64,000 nt of DNA from Octopus sinensis (GCF_006345805.1 NC_042998.1:84630001-84694000); one strand, 5' to 3'; counted from the stretch's first letter, positions 24,816 through 37,649 are shown. The notes: a model not told the origin generated them from the letters alone. Program-made: numbers and translations.

Positions 24816-26169
24816 CTGTTAGAAAACAAAATAAACATGGTGGCCTAATTTTCTATATTAAGAACTGTTTTAATGTTGAGGATCTGAAGCTTAAATGCTC
24901 TCATTCTGAATTATACTTTTGTGAAATCACAACTAACATTCTGAAAAAAGAAAACGAGAAAAGAGAAAGCCATAGAACAAAGTAATTTTTGTTCCCCATC
25001 ACATGACCACATGGTACGCATGAATTGCTTCATAATTATCTAATGAAAGTATAAAGTGAGAAGGTAGTGGGTTTGTACGCACGGGTGATTTTTACAGTGA
25101 TCGACTTCAGATTGAGAGCAATGAATTTGTGACTGATTACTGTGACATTTAATGAATAATAGTTTGTATCTCAGAATATTGTTACAAACTGATTTTCTGA
25201 TAAAATTTCCGGTCTAATGAATTGCTTAGTTTAGGAATTTCACTCAAATATTTTGTTGGTCACATGATTTATTTCACAATTTTTTTTTTTTTTTAAATTT
25301 GGTAAGTTGGAACAAATAAAAACTCAGGTGAATGAATATGTGACAATTCAAATGAAATTAAATAATCACTATTAGATGCAGGTATTGTTATGTGGTTAAG
25401 AAGTGCACTTTGCAACTGCATGTATGTATGTATGTATGTATGATGTATGTATGTATGTATGTATGTATGTATGTATGTATGTATGTATGAATGTATGTAT
25501 GTATATGAATGTATGTATGTATGTATGTATATATGTATGTATGTACGTATGTATATGTACATGTATGCATGTATGTACATACATTGATATGCATATATGT
25601 ATATACATAGAAGTGTGAATGTGTGAATGTATGTATGTATGTATGTATACACGTATGCATGTATGTCAGTGCATACACAGATATGCATATATGTATATAC
25701 ATATGTATGAATGTATGTATGTATGTACATATGAATGTGTATGTGTGTGCATGTCTTTTTGTTTGCCTTTATCACCTCCACCTTGACAACCAGTGCTGGT
25801 TTGTTTACATCCCAGTAACTTAGTAGTATGGCAAAGGAGAAATAAAGCTAACTTTAGCACTAATCTGCATGATTAAAGAATAAAACATCAAACTCATCAA
25901 ATTTTCTACATTTACATTCCTAACTAGTATCAATTTCTGGTATATAACTGTAAAATATCCCCTCATCTACTTCCCAACACTAATGTTCTCAAAGAATACA
26001 TTCTAGGATCCTTTTGTTTAATAGTTATATAAGCAACATGTCCATGACCTCAAAATTATTTGATTTTATTCTATATATATATGATACAGATCAAATGTAG
26101 GGTATACCATGCTATAGTGCTTTCTTCTCTGCTGCATAGTGCTGAACAGGCTATAAAGCTCAAGTTGAC

Positions 26170-26530
26170 AAGTTGCATGCATGCACAATAAGACAGGATT
26201 GCCTTATCTATTAGCAACTGATTTTTTGTTCTTTGTAATCCCTTCCTGTAGCCTTTCGGTTCATCTGCTACCAGTTCATTTTTTACAAGATGGTCATACA
26301 ATATCTTTCCCATTGTTCCAGTTAGAAGCTTCAACATCATAGGTAAGCAAGCAATTGGACGATAGTTACTATCCATGGCACCCATGGCTGGGTCTTTCTG
26401 AATCAACATAGTCCTTCCTTTGACCATCCATTCAGGTACAATTCCTTGGTGTACACAACTCTACAATAGCTTTTCGTAGTTTATGATGTAAATTCATCAA
26501 AACCTTCAACCAAAACCCTGATCTAGGTCC
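26170..26530 (-). mobile_element. R4/Dong-clade RT N-terminal fragment
   Basis: GRTMLIQKD..NYRPIACLPMMLKLLTG..LYDHL..KGYRKG..TKNQLLIDKAIL. Confidence 0.8.
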
Positions 26531-27199
26531 AGGTCAGTTGCTTTCCAGTTTCTCATCTTACCTACTCAGGCTTGAATATCTTTTAACATGATGAAAATGT
26601 TAGTGAATATGAACATCACTCTGTTTGACAAGATCAGAAATGAAGAGATCCACTAGCCTGCTGATCTGCTTTTTATGATGGATATCCTCATTGATTGAAA
26701 TTTACATTGGTTGGGACACAAACATAATATAGACAACAGCTGACAACTCCTTTACTCCAAATAATGAAAAGGGAAAAGGGACTGTGGATGACCTAGACTG
26801 TGATTCAAAGATACTGCTAAAAGGAATATGAAGAAAAGAAATTGATCATAATAAAAGGCAAACTCCAGCAAAAACTGATCAGTATGGAGAATACTTGGTG
26901 GTATTTCTTTTAGTTTGATGTTCTGAGTTCAAATTCTGCTGAGGTTTATTATTTTTGTCCTGCATCTTTTTTGGAATTGATAAAGTAAGGACCAGTCAAG
27001 AAGCGGGGTTGGTGTAATCAATTAGCACCCTTCCCCAATATTTCAGGCCTTGTTGTGCCTGCAGTGGAAAGGATTATTATTACTACAATACCTAATTAGT
27101 GGATTTGGTAAACAGAAACTGAAAGAAGCCCATTGTGTGTGTGTATATATATATACATATATATACATACATACATACATACATACATACATACATACA

Positions 27200-27235
<36 letters not shown>

Positions 27236-27248
27236 TATATATTATATA

Positions 27249-27321
<73 letters not shown>

Positions 27322-27354
27322 GTGTGTATGTATGTATGTATGTATGTATGTATA

Positions 27355-27403
<49 letters not shown>

Positions 27404-27621
27404 TATATATATACCAATCTACTACAATGAAATCCACTCCCCAGCGGAATAATCAACTTAAGAACTTAATATAATGTAAGACTAGCAAATTTTGATTTTA
27501 TTACCATTACCAATGTATCAATATATTTTTTGCATTCTGAAGATATTTACTAAAACTAGTAAATTGAAACAATCGTAAGTGCTACCTTCTTCTTTGTTAA
27601 TTAATAAAATTAATGACATAC

Positions 27622-27679
27622 CAGTGTAAATGACAAGTTTCTCCTTGTTATTTACATCCATTTTCTTCTCATATATAAC
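27622..27679 (-). CDS. Exon of the unidentified gene (VIYEKKMDVNNKEKLVIYT)
   Basis: Acceptor gtagtttag, donor g|gtatgt; phase 0 matches the end of 35090-35242. Confidence 0.6.
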
Positions 27680-28189
27680 CTAAACTACAGTCTACCCACC
27701 GAACTACCTGCTACCATACAAATTTACAAAGGACTGTTCATACTCAGATAATCACCAGGAGCACCTTTAGATTTAATTATCCCTTAGAGGTTTTAAACTC
27801 CTCTAACTGATACCTACACTATATATATCTGACTGGCTCCTACCACCAGACTGGCACTTACCACCTAGTGGCACATAAAAAGCACTATCCGAATGTGATT
27901 GATGCTAGGCCCGTCTGACTGGCTCCTGTGCCAGTGGCATGTATGAAGCACCCACTACACTCTCAGAGTGGTTGGCATTAGGAAGGGCATCCAGCTGTTT
28001 AAACATTGCCAGATCAGATTAGAGCTTGGTGCAGCTGCTGGCTTTTCCAGACCTCAGTCAAACTGCCCAACCTATGCCAGCATAGAAAACGAACGTTAAA
28101 CGATGATGATGATGATGATGATGTTGATGATATATATATATATAGAGAGAGGGGGAGGGCGAGAGAGTCAGATAGACAGACAGACAGAC

Positions 28190-28227
<38 letters not shown>

Positions 28228-28228
28228 G

Positions 28229-28259
<31 letters not shown>

Positions 28260-28609
28260 AAAGACAGATAGGAAGATAAATGTTTGTACGTGTGTGTGTG
28301 CTTTTGTGTTTGTTCCGGCACCATTTTGACACCAGTGTTGGCTTGTTTACGTCCTCATGACTTAACAGTTTGGCCAAAGGGAGCAACAGAATAAGTACCA
28401 AGCTTAAAGAAAAGCACTGGGTTTGATTTGTTCAACTAAAACCCTCCAATAACTGAATCAAGAAAAAAAACAAAAGATCCATAATTGTGCCACATGACAA
28501 AAGACATTAATATCTTAAAAAACACCCCCAAAAACACAAAACAAAACACACAACTGAATGTTGAAGAAGAACAAGAAGAAAATGAACAACTTAGTGAACC
28601 ATTAATAAA

Positions 28610-28780
28610 GGCGTAGGAGTGGCTGTGTGGTAAGTAGCTTGCTTACCAATCTCATGGTTCCAGGTTCAGTCCCGCTGCATGGCACCTTCGGCAAGTGTCT
28701 TCTACTATAGCCCCGGGCCGACCAAAGCCTTTTGAGTGGATTTGGTAGACGGAAACTGAAAGAAGCCAGTCGTATAAATG

Positions 28781-28826
<46 letters not shown>

Positions 28827-29025
28827 CGTATGTTTATGTGTCTGTGTTTGTCCCTAATACTGGTGTGTTTACGTCCCTGTAACTTAACAGTTTGGCAAAA
28901 GAGACCGATAGAATAAGTAGTAGGCTTACAAAGAATAAGTCCTGGGGTCGATTTGCTTAACTAAAGGCAGTGCTCCAGCATGGTCACAGTCAAATGACTG
29001 AAACAAGTAAAAGAGTAAAAGAGTA
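28610..29025 (+). mobile_element. SINE family A
   Basis: Full-length match to the family A head, body and tail. Confidence 0.85.
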
Positions 29026-29279
29026 AAGGAAAAAATATCCCAAATGCTCAAATGAATCATCTGGGAAAGAGTAAAGGTAAGAACACCACGTCCAACAACA
29101 AAGGTAACAACTCTTAAAAGAGTTCAAATATGACAGACCATTCATATGGCAGCTGTGGGGAGATAAACCTTCCCTCAATTTTAAATAAACAGACAGATAC
29201 TAAAACCCTTGAAGGCAATGCACCAGCATGGCTGCAGTCCAATGACTGAAACAAGTAAAATATAAAAAATAATGTTTGG

Positions 29280-29370
29280 TTCGATGTTTCTGGGAACTTA
29301 AAGATAATTACATTAATTATAGATTAGAATGGTGCATCCTAGCCAAAACATCTTCATATAACCTTACATT
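29280..29370 (+). mobile_element. Penelope-like GIY-YIG C-terminal remnant
   Basis: CFWELKDNYINYRLEWCILAKTSSYN resembles the PLE motif IWxLKdxxxxyxixWxIlxkxxxYN. Confidence 0.5.
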
Positions 29371-29671
29371 AATCCTTTTATTACCAACCCAGCTGAAACC
29401 GACTCTAGCTCTCTTGTGTATATATTCCAGATCTAGTCTTTTTCAGTTGCAAAATGAGCCCCCTTTAAATTTTACTCAGATTGCTTTAGTAAAAATGGGT
29501 TTCAGGCTAACACTCCAACCTAGAAAGCATCAACGGCAATCCAAATTCAACAAAAGCTGGGAGAGGAAGGCCTTCCCTCGGGGAAACATATGGTGTTTCC
29601 CGTATTAAGGGAGTAGCCTGAAAAGAAAGCCCAGATGCAATAACAGCTCCATAGGAAGCAAAGGCTTGAAT

Positions 29672-29850
29672 AAGTACATGTATTAACTTTTAGGCCTCTG
29701 TACTCTTGCCTTTGCTTCCCTATTTTGAAATTATTTATAAATCTTCAAGAGATTCAACTATGAGAACTGGGTCATCAGCGCAAAGGAGTTCCCAAGAAGA
29801 ACTGGTCTTAAACTCCTTTGACATGATCAAAAGGACAATAAATGGTAGGA
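29672..29850 (+). pseudogene. Inverted paralogous copy of the first coding exon and its upstream flank (MRTGSSAQRSSQEELVLNSFDMIKRTING)
   Basis: Aligns to the reverse complement of ~38510-38710 (shared attcaactATGAGA and caaaggagttcccaagaagaac.ggtcttaaac); ATG at 29760, gtag at 29845. Confidence 0.6.
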
Positions 29851-29875
29851 AGTGTGTATGTATATATATGCATGC

Positions 29876-29908
<33 letters not shown>

Positions 29909-30224
29909 TGTATGTATGTATGTATGTATGTATTATGTATGTATATATTATGTATGTATGTATATTTGTTTCTGTCCGTGTGTATATGCAAATGTGCATG
30001 TGTGCGATGGACTCAGCTATTGTGAATGATCTTCATTGAATTATCATGTCAAGAGGCTGAGAATTTGTCAGCCATGTGTACCATGTATCATGTGTCCAAA
30101 GTGATGCTTTAAATAGAATCAGTATGAGACAATGTAACAAAGCCAGACCTTTGAAGTGCAAATATGGTCCATGGTCTGCCTGTCAAACTTCTACACTGTT
30201 TATATATTTCTGTACACACACGCA

Positions 30225-30256
<32 letters not shown>

Positions 30257-30501
30257 TGCACACATACAACGCACACACACAGGCATGCACACACATACAC
30301 ACACACAGACATATATATATATATATTATATATATATATAATATATATATATATAAATAAATGGAGTTAAACTCAGGTGTTATTCAAATTCTTTTACTTC
30401 CGACACAACCGTTTTACTTGCGTGATTTTTTAAAACTATTTATCTATTTTTTCCGTGTTAATTGTTAACAAGGGGAAAATGCACACATCTATCTATCTAT
30501 C

Positions 30502-30540
<39 letters not shown>

Positions 30541-31899
30541 TGTCATCATCATCATCATTTTAATGTCAACTTTTCCATGTCAGCATGATTGAGACAGAAT
30601 TTGCTGGGGATAGATTTTTTTTATGGCTAGATGCCTTTCCTGTTATTAACCCTCACCTGTTTCTGAGTAAGGTAATAAATCCAATGACTAGACATGTTTT
30701 CATGGAAGATTGGAAATGAAATACATCGCTTACATGGTGATGACATTCTCTTACAATTATCACACAATGTCAAGACAAGTTTTAAATTTTAAATAGTTTG
30801 AGATTCCATCGTCTATGTGTTTTTGGTCAACCTAAAACTACCATTGAAGACATTTACCCAAGATGACACATAACAGACTGAACTCAAACTATGAAATTGG
30901 GAAGTAAACTTTTTACCAAATAATTACGTCTATGGAGTTACGAAGGGCATCCAGCTGTAAAAACTGTGCCAAAGCAGACATGGAAGTTTGGTGTAGGCTC
31001 CTGCTTAGCAAGCTCCTATCAAACCATCCAACCCATGCCATCATGGAAGGTGGACATTAAGCAATTATGTTGATGACGTCCCCTCAAAACATAATTTTTA
31101 ATTCTATCTCATATAATTTTGTTAAGTTAATTACTCGTTTCTCCCCCTGTTTAATTTCATCTTTCTGTCCCCAAACAAAACTTGTTCACATTGTGCCCTC
31201 CCCCCCCCCACCAATACTGGATATCTCTATCGTATCATCCCACCATTTACACCGGATATCCTTTTCCCACCACCATTACTGGTGTCTATTCTCACACATA
31301 CGTCACCAACTATCTTACATTTCATTCTGTCTAGAAATTTGTCACCACGCCTTCCAGTTATCGCTTCTCCCAATTCCCCCTCCTCGCTTGTGCTGTTCTC
31401 TATATTCCTGCACTCTCTCTATCTCTCTCCCTCTCTTTCTCTATCTCTCTCCTTCTCTTTCTCTTTCTCTCTTCCTCTCTTTCTCTACCTCTTCTCCTCT
31501 CTTTCTTTATCTCTCTACTGGGACAAATGCAACCAGGTTATCTGCCCACCTACTTAAACAGCTATCTTTCGTTCCATTTTCATTCTGTATAGAAACACGC
31601 CAACTACTACCCAGGAATTTTCCTTGGCCTTATGAAGTGAAGGAGAAAGCTATTCAACTGCCCATGTGTGCTTATTCCTGTGTGTGGGTGTGCTTGTGTA
31701 TATATAGGAATGAGCTTGTTTCCTCTCTCTCCGTCTGAACCGCTCCCCGCTGGTGGTACCCTCCATTATACCTGCAATCCCCCTCTACCCGGGCAAACAC
31801 AACCAGTTTCAGCTGACTCCCTCCTAACCTAACATTGGAATATCCATATTTTTGCTACACCACTTAAATGTACATCATTTCATGACCATAATGCTTATG

Positions 31900-33930
31900 C
31901 TTACAACGCTGCTAACACTGGCTCCTGCCTCCAGTAAGGGCAACAATCTTAACATGCCTGAATGCTTGAATGTTGTCAGGTTGGAAGAGAGAACAGATAA
32001 AGTATGTCTGACAAACGAACACCACCACAAGATTTAGGGACATTCCCATCAAGAAATTTGAGGAGAGGGAGGAGGAGCTATAGACATCAGACATAGAAGG
32101 TAGCTGGAAATTCCTATGGGACAGCTTGCTGAGTGCCACAGACCAAGTCTGTAGTTGGTGAGAAGTCCCTTCTAGACCTAGAGTTATGTGGTGGTGGAAT
32201 AGTACGGTAGACAATGCCACCAAGGTTCAGCCCTAGGTCCCCTTTTATTCATCATAGTCCTCCAGGCAATAACAGAGGAATTCAAGACGGGTTGCTCCCA
32301 GGAGCTCCTCTATGTTGATGACCTGGCCTTCATAGCAGAATCACTACCGGAACTAGAAAAGAAATTTTGTGTGTGGAAGCTAGATTTAGAATCAAAAGGC
32401 CTTAGAGTAAATGTAGCAAAGACCAAAGTTCTAGTAAGTAGGAAAGCAAACTCATCCCCCCCCTCTAGGTAGGTGGTGCTGCTCGATCTGTAGAAAAGGT
32501 GTAGGTAGAAACTCCATAAGATGTACCCAGTGTAAGCTATGGACACATAAGAGGAAAAATAACCGAGAAGATAGCTTTCATGTGCAGTAGATGCACAGGG
32601 GTAATAGACACCACAGATACTCAGAAAACAGATTCCATTACACTCCAGGGGGAGAAACTAGATGTAGTTGATAGTTTCCGCTACCTAGGTGACCAAGTTT
32701 GTAGTGGGGGTGGATGCTCAGAGAGTGTTACCACTAGAATAAGAGTAGCCTGGGTAAAGTTTAGAAAGCTTCTTCCCCTACTGGCGGCAAAGGGTCTCTC
32801 GCTCAGAGTGAAAGGTAGATTGTATGACACATGTATGTGAACTGTCATGCTTCATGGCAGTGAAACATGGGCCGTGACTCCAGAGGACATGTGTAGGTCC
32901 GAATGAAATGAAGCTAGCATGATCCACTGGATATGTAATGTTAGTGTGCATGCACGGCAGAGTGTAAATGCCCTGAGAGAAATGTTGGACATAAGAAGCA
33001 TCGGATGTGGTGTGCAGCAGAGACGTTTGCATTAGTATGGTCATGTACTAAGGATGGACGAGAAGAGATGTGTGAAGAAGTGCCACTCCCAAACTATTGA
33101 AGGAATTTGGGGGAGAGGTAGACCCAGGAAGACATAGGATGAGGTGGTCAAGCATGACCTTCGTTGGGCCTCACAGAGGCTATGATGAAAGACCAAAACC
33201 TCTGGAGATATGCTGTGACTGTGAAGACCCAACAAATGAAGTGAGTTCATGGCTCACAGGATGGCCTGCTGTGCTAATTTTGGATCGAAGGGTGACCTGC
33301 TGTGCTAGAGGAGACCTATTGAGTCAAGTACATCAACATCAAAATAAAAATCAAATGGATATTGTAGTTGTGATACCTGTGCCAGTGGCACATTGAGCCT
33401 CACAGAGGCAATGACAAAAGACTGAGACCTCTCAAATATGCTGTGACTGCGAAGACCTGACAAATGAAGTGAGTCCATGGCTCATAGGATGGCCTGCTGT
33501 GCTAACCTTGGATCGTAGGGTGACCTGCTGTGCTTGAGGAGACCTATTGAGTCAAGTACGTCAACATCAACATCAAAATAAAAATCAAATGAAAATTGTA
33601 GTTATGATACCTGTGCTGGTGGCACATAAAAAGCACCATCCAAATGTGGCCAATGCCAGCGCTGGCTGACTAGTGTCCATGTCAGTGACATGTAAAAAGC
33701 ACCAACCGATCGTGGCCATTTGCCAGCCTCTTCTGGCCCCTGTGCCAGTAGCATGTAAAAAGCACCCACTCACAGCGTGGTTGGTGTGAGGAAGGGCATC
33801 CTGCTGCAGAAACACTGCCAGATCAGACTGGAGCCTGGTGCAGCCTCCTGGCTTCCCAGACCCTGGTCAAACCGTCCAACCTATGCTAGCATGGAAAATG
33901 GATGTTAAACGATGATGATGATGATATATA
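31900..33930 (+). mobile_element. RTE-clade LINE, degraded and internally deleted (APE/RT junction, RT, 3' UTR)
   Basis: RVMWWWNSTVDNA; QGSALGPLLFIIVLQAITEEFKTG..ELLYVDDL; VDSFRYLGDQV..RIRVAW.KF..LLPLL; duplicated 3' segment; (GAT)n tail. Confidence 0.9.
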
Positions 33931-33933
33931 TAA

Positions 33934-33980
<47 letters not shown>

Positions 33981-33985
<5 letters not shown>

Positions 33986-34210
33986 GGAAAACAACAGCGA
34001 GGTAGGTAGGACAAACTTATCAGACCATTTAAAATATTTTAATTAATTACGGAGGGGAATTAATGTTTTAATTAGAGGTGAATTGATTTATGCTTACTTT
34101 TACTTTTTGTTACTTTGATTCACCTCTACATTAATTAAAACAGTAATTAATATGTTTTAAATGATCTGATAAGCTTTTCCTGCTTTGGTTTTGTTTTCCT
34201 CTTCCTTTAA
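33981..34210. repeat. Imperfect fold-back element next to (TA)n
   Basis: ttaaaggaaaac..cttatcagaccatttaaaa..agaggtgaatt / ttcacctct..ttttaaatgatctgataag..gttttcc..tttaa. Confidence 0.7.
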
Positions 34211-34353
34211 GTTATAACCACTGACTCGGAAGACTGCAATGGATCCCTGGCTCCAGTCTCCGTTGTGAACTTGGATCCTAACGGATTACCAATTACAGCA
34301 CTTACGCAGCATACCTATTGGTTTAGATCATCTGTGACCTAAACCCTTCCTAT

Positions 34354-34427
<74 letters not shown>

Positions 34428-34504
34428 TAATATTATCAAAGGGTAATGTATAAGCACAAAGCATATACTGGATTGCCTCGTGTATATATATTTAATCTAA
34501 GGTG

Positions 34505-34577
34505 TACCTACTAAAGAAGGCTTCACCTAGCAAATTATTTTATTTGCTAAAAAAGTCTGAAACCATTGGTCCAGGAG
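34505..34577 (+). ncRNA. Degenerate type-I hammerhead ribozyme motif
   Basis: accta-CUAAAGA-aggcuu..aagucu-GAAAC-cauug-GUC-cagg; core G5-to-A change; inner hairpin uagcaaau/auuugcua. Confidence 0.5.
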
Positions 34578-34741
34578 TTAGATGGCAAATGTTTTTTATT
34601 TTTCATTCCCTTTGATTTTTATCTCTAATAGTGGTTCGGAATTTAACTGTCCTCTCTAGCATGTAGGTAGTCCTATGATGGCCCCCTCTTATGTGTTTAA
34701 ATGTACACTGTATTTATATATATATATATATATACACATGT

Positions 34742-34774
<33 letters not shown>

Positions 34775-34813
34775 ACACACACACACACAAATACACACAC
34801 ACACACACACACA

Positions 34814-34846
<33 letters not shown>

Positions 34847-35089
34847 GTGATACAGATATGGAGACGCACATACAAGACTTCAAGTTTCTGGATTAATGAT
34901 ATCATGATTGCCACATTTCTTCAGCTACCATAAGCCTGGTGCTGGTAATCTTTAGCCTGTCTTAGTCATCGTTCTGTGGCCATGCTGGGGCATTACTTCG
35001 AATGGTTTTTATCAAACAATGAAGACATAAGAGCTGCAGCAATATCAGAAGAAGGTTTTGCGACTCTCAGAATGTTTACAAGGACTTAC

Positions 35090-35242
35090 TGAGTTTAGGA
35101 AGTGGTCTTCGTTGGCCATGAATTGACTTCCATCATATATGTATGTATACACACTTTCAGCAACTTTTGAGAAGCTTGTCTGGTAGACACAGGTCTGTAA
35201 TCTATAATTCATAAGTTCTGCACTGTCACACATTATTTCATC
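35090..35242 (-). CDS. Exon of the unidentified gene (DEIMCDSAELMNYRLQTCVYQTSFSKVAESVYTYIYDGSQFMANEDHFLNS)
   Basis: Consensus acceptor ccttaatatttcag and donor tca|gtaagt; 153 nt open, phase 0 to 0. Confidence 0.75.
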
Positions 35243-35369
35243 CTGAAATATTAAGGCTATCTGGAACACAGGTCTGTAGAATTACAAGTTAATTCAATAA
35301 ATAGATCCTTGAGTTGAAAACTTGATGCTCCTTCTGCACTCTCGACAGAAGAGGACATTACACACGCAC

Positions 35370-35432
<63 letters not shown>

Positions 35433-35489
35433 TACATACTCATATACCAATTCACATGTGTGTCTGTGTACAGGAACAAAACCAGTATG

Positions 35490-36415
35490 CCCCACTAGAT
35501 GTGTAATGTCAGTGTGCATACTCGACAGAGTGTAAGTGCCTTGAGAGAAAAGTTGGACCTAAGAAGCATCAGATCTGGTGTGCAAGAGAGATGACTGCGC
35601 TGGTTATGGTCATGTGGTGCAAATTGATGAAGATATCTGTGTGAAAAAGTGTCACCCACTAGCGGTCGAGGGAAACTGTGAAAGAGGTAGACCCAGGAAG
35701 ACCTGGGATGAGGTGGTAAAGCATGACCTTCAAACATTAGACCTCACCGAGGCAATGACTTGTGACCAAGACCTTTGGAAAGAGAAGACCCAGCAAGCCA
35801 AGTGAGACCATAACCTATGGCCTATGCCAGTGGTGTAACCAGCCCACTTAGGCGTACCTTTCTTTCATTGGACACTAAAGTCTGCTTGCGAAGACCTGTT
35901 GAGGCAAGTGAAATCGAAATGAAATTCGATGACAGCACTGCATGACTAGCATCTATACTAGTGGAGTGTTAAAAGCACTATCTGAGCATGATCGTTGCTA
36001 GGGCTGCTGACTGGCCCTCATGCCGGTGGCATGTAAAATGCACTGTTCGAGCATGATTATTACCAATGTCACCTTACTGGCATTTGTGCCGATGATGATG
36101 ATGTATGTGAAAAACAACATTCGAGCGAAGGCGTTGCCAGTGCCACTGGACTGGCTCCTGTGCGGGTGACACATAAAAACACCATTTGAGCGTGGCTGTT
36201 GCCAGTACCACCTGACTGGCCCTCATGCTGGTGGCACGTAAAAGCACCTGCTACACTCTCGGAGTGGTTGGCATTAGGAAGGGCATCCAGCTGTAGAAAC
36301 TCTGTCAGATCAGATTGAAGCCTGGTGCAGCCATCTGGCTCCCCAGTCCCCAGTCAAAACGTCCAACCCATGCCAGCATGGAAAGCAGACGCTAAATGAT
36401 GATGATGATGATGAT
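35490..36415 (+). mobile_element. RTE LINE 3' end with tandemly repeated UTR segments
   Basis: CVKKCHPLAVEGNCERGRPRKTWDEVVKHDLQTLDLTEAM; (GAT)n tail. Confidence 0.85.
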
Positions 36416-36733
36416 GCTATATATGTCTCCTATGTCAGTCATTAGAAAAGTGCTCTCATGTGGCTAAGAGTTGTTTTGACTCTTATTTCTAGCAATACTG
36501 CTGCTCACTAATATCCTCCATCACTTAGTGATGACTGTATTTGTTGCCGTTATATCTAATATAATAAATGCAAAAACTAATTTATACAATCATATCATTG
36601 TGAGATTGAAGCTACAAGATAATAATATTTGTTTATATCAAAATGATCTGAATAACTAAGCAATAAACCTGTCAAAGAAATTTAAATGCTCAAGTGTTAA
36701 GGGTATCATGAAAGGCTTGGTTGTAAGCCCAAC

Positions 36734-36794
36734 CTTCTGAGTTCTTTTACAGAGCTTAGAAAAAGTGACAGGCTGCTGCAATATGTCTATGAAT
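36734..36794 (-). CDS. Exon 2 of the unidentified gene (FIDILQQPVTFSKLCKRTQK)
   Basis: Strong acceptor tattctcttctcag, donor aag|gttggg; phase 2 to 0 exactly bridges 38519 and 35242. Confidence 0.6.
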
Positions 36795-36891
36795 CTGAGA
36801 AGAGAATATAATGAATAAAATTATAATTAACTGATCCTCCAGCAGTTTTTTTTTTTACCCAAACCCAGGAACTTTTCAGCAACCCCTCATA

Positions 36892-36924
<33 letters not shown>

Positions 36925-36939
36925 GTACATATGCCCATG

Positions 36940-37185
36940 GGCATATGGCATAGTGGTTAGAGTGCGGGCTACTAACCCCAAGATTCTGAGTTCGATTCCA
37001 GGCAGTGACCAGAATAATAATGATAATAATAATAACATCAACAAGAACATCGCAAAAAATACCTTAGGAATGAGAAATTTCCTCAAGATACCTAATGAAG
37101 GCTGGAGAGTATATCAGCCGAAACATTGTGTTAACTACAAACAAGATGAGGACAAATATCCGTCAAATGTAAATAATATATATAA
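36940..37185 (+). mobile_element. tRNA-headed SINE (family C) with a hammerhead-like 3' module
   Basis: A box TGGCATAGTGG (36946), B box GTTCGATTCC (~36990), (AAT)n, then CTAATGA-aggctg..cagcc-GAAAC (37092-37124). Confidence 0.7.
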
Positions 37186-37220
37186 ATTTTTTGCCGTAAT
37201 GAGATGAAAAACTAAGGCTG

Positions 37221-37238
37221 TGTAGATTTTAGAACATT

Positions 37239-37288
<50 letters not shown>

Positions 37289-37460
37289 AATGTTCTAAAA
37301 TCTACATATATATATATGTATATAAGGTGTGTTATGAGGATTTATAGAACAAGTATCCTATAGAAACTCAACAAACTTTTAACATCTTCTCTTCTCCATC
37401 TTTAACAGTTTGAGTTTCTATAGGATACTTGTTCTATAAATTCCTGTAACACACCTTATA
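37221..37460. repeat. Two adjacent palindromes: 37221-37306 centred on (TA)n, and 51-bp arms 37321-37371 / 37410-37460
   Basis: tgtagattttagaacatttataaa / tttataaatgttctaaaatctaca; tttatagaacaagtatcctatagaaactcaa / ttgagtttctataggatacttgttctataaa. Confidence 0.85.
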
Positions 37461-37604
37461 CTTATAGCATTTTCATATTTGCAAAATTCTTACACTAGTG
37501 AGCAACTAATGAAATATAAAGAATTCTTATTAGAAATCAGCCTTTGGAACCCTCCAAAGTAAAGGGTGAAATAGAATTCAACCTTTTCTCACACACACAT
37601 ATAC

Positions 37605-37649
<45 letters not shown>

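Noticed and set aside
25293-25823. Many long ORFs such as MYVCMYVC.., HTYIHT.., YIYIYI.. (also ~20, 27, 30, 47 and 50 kb)
   Set aside because: These are translations of (TATG)n, (TA)n and (CA)n microsatellites, which lack stops in some frames.
30113-30200. CKYGPWSAC resembling a TSP1/pleiotrophin motif
   Set aside because: No convincing donor and no second Cys block; joining it to the 29844 donor gives a stop.
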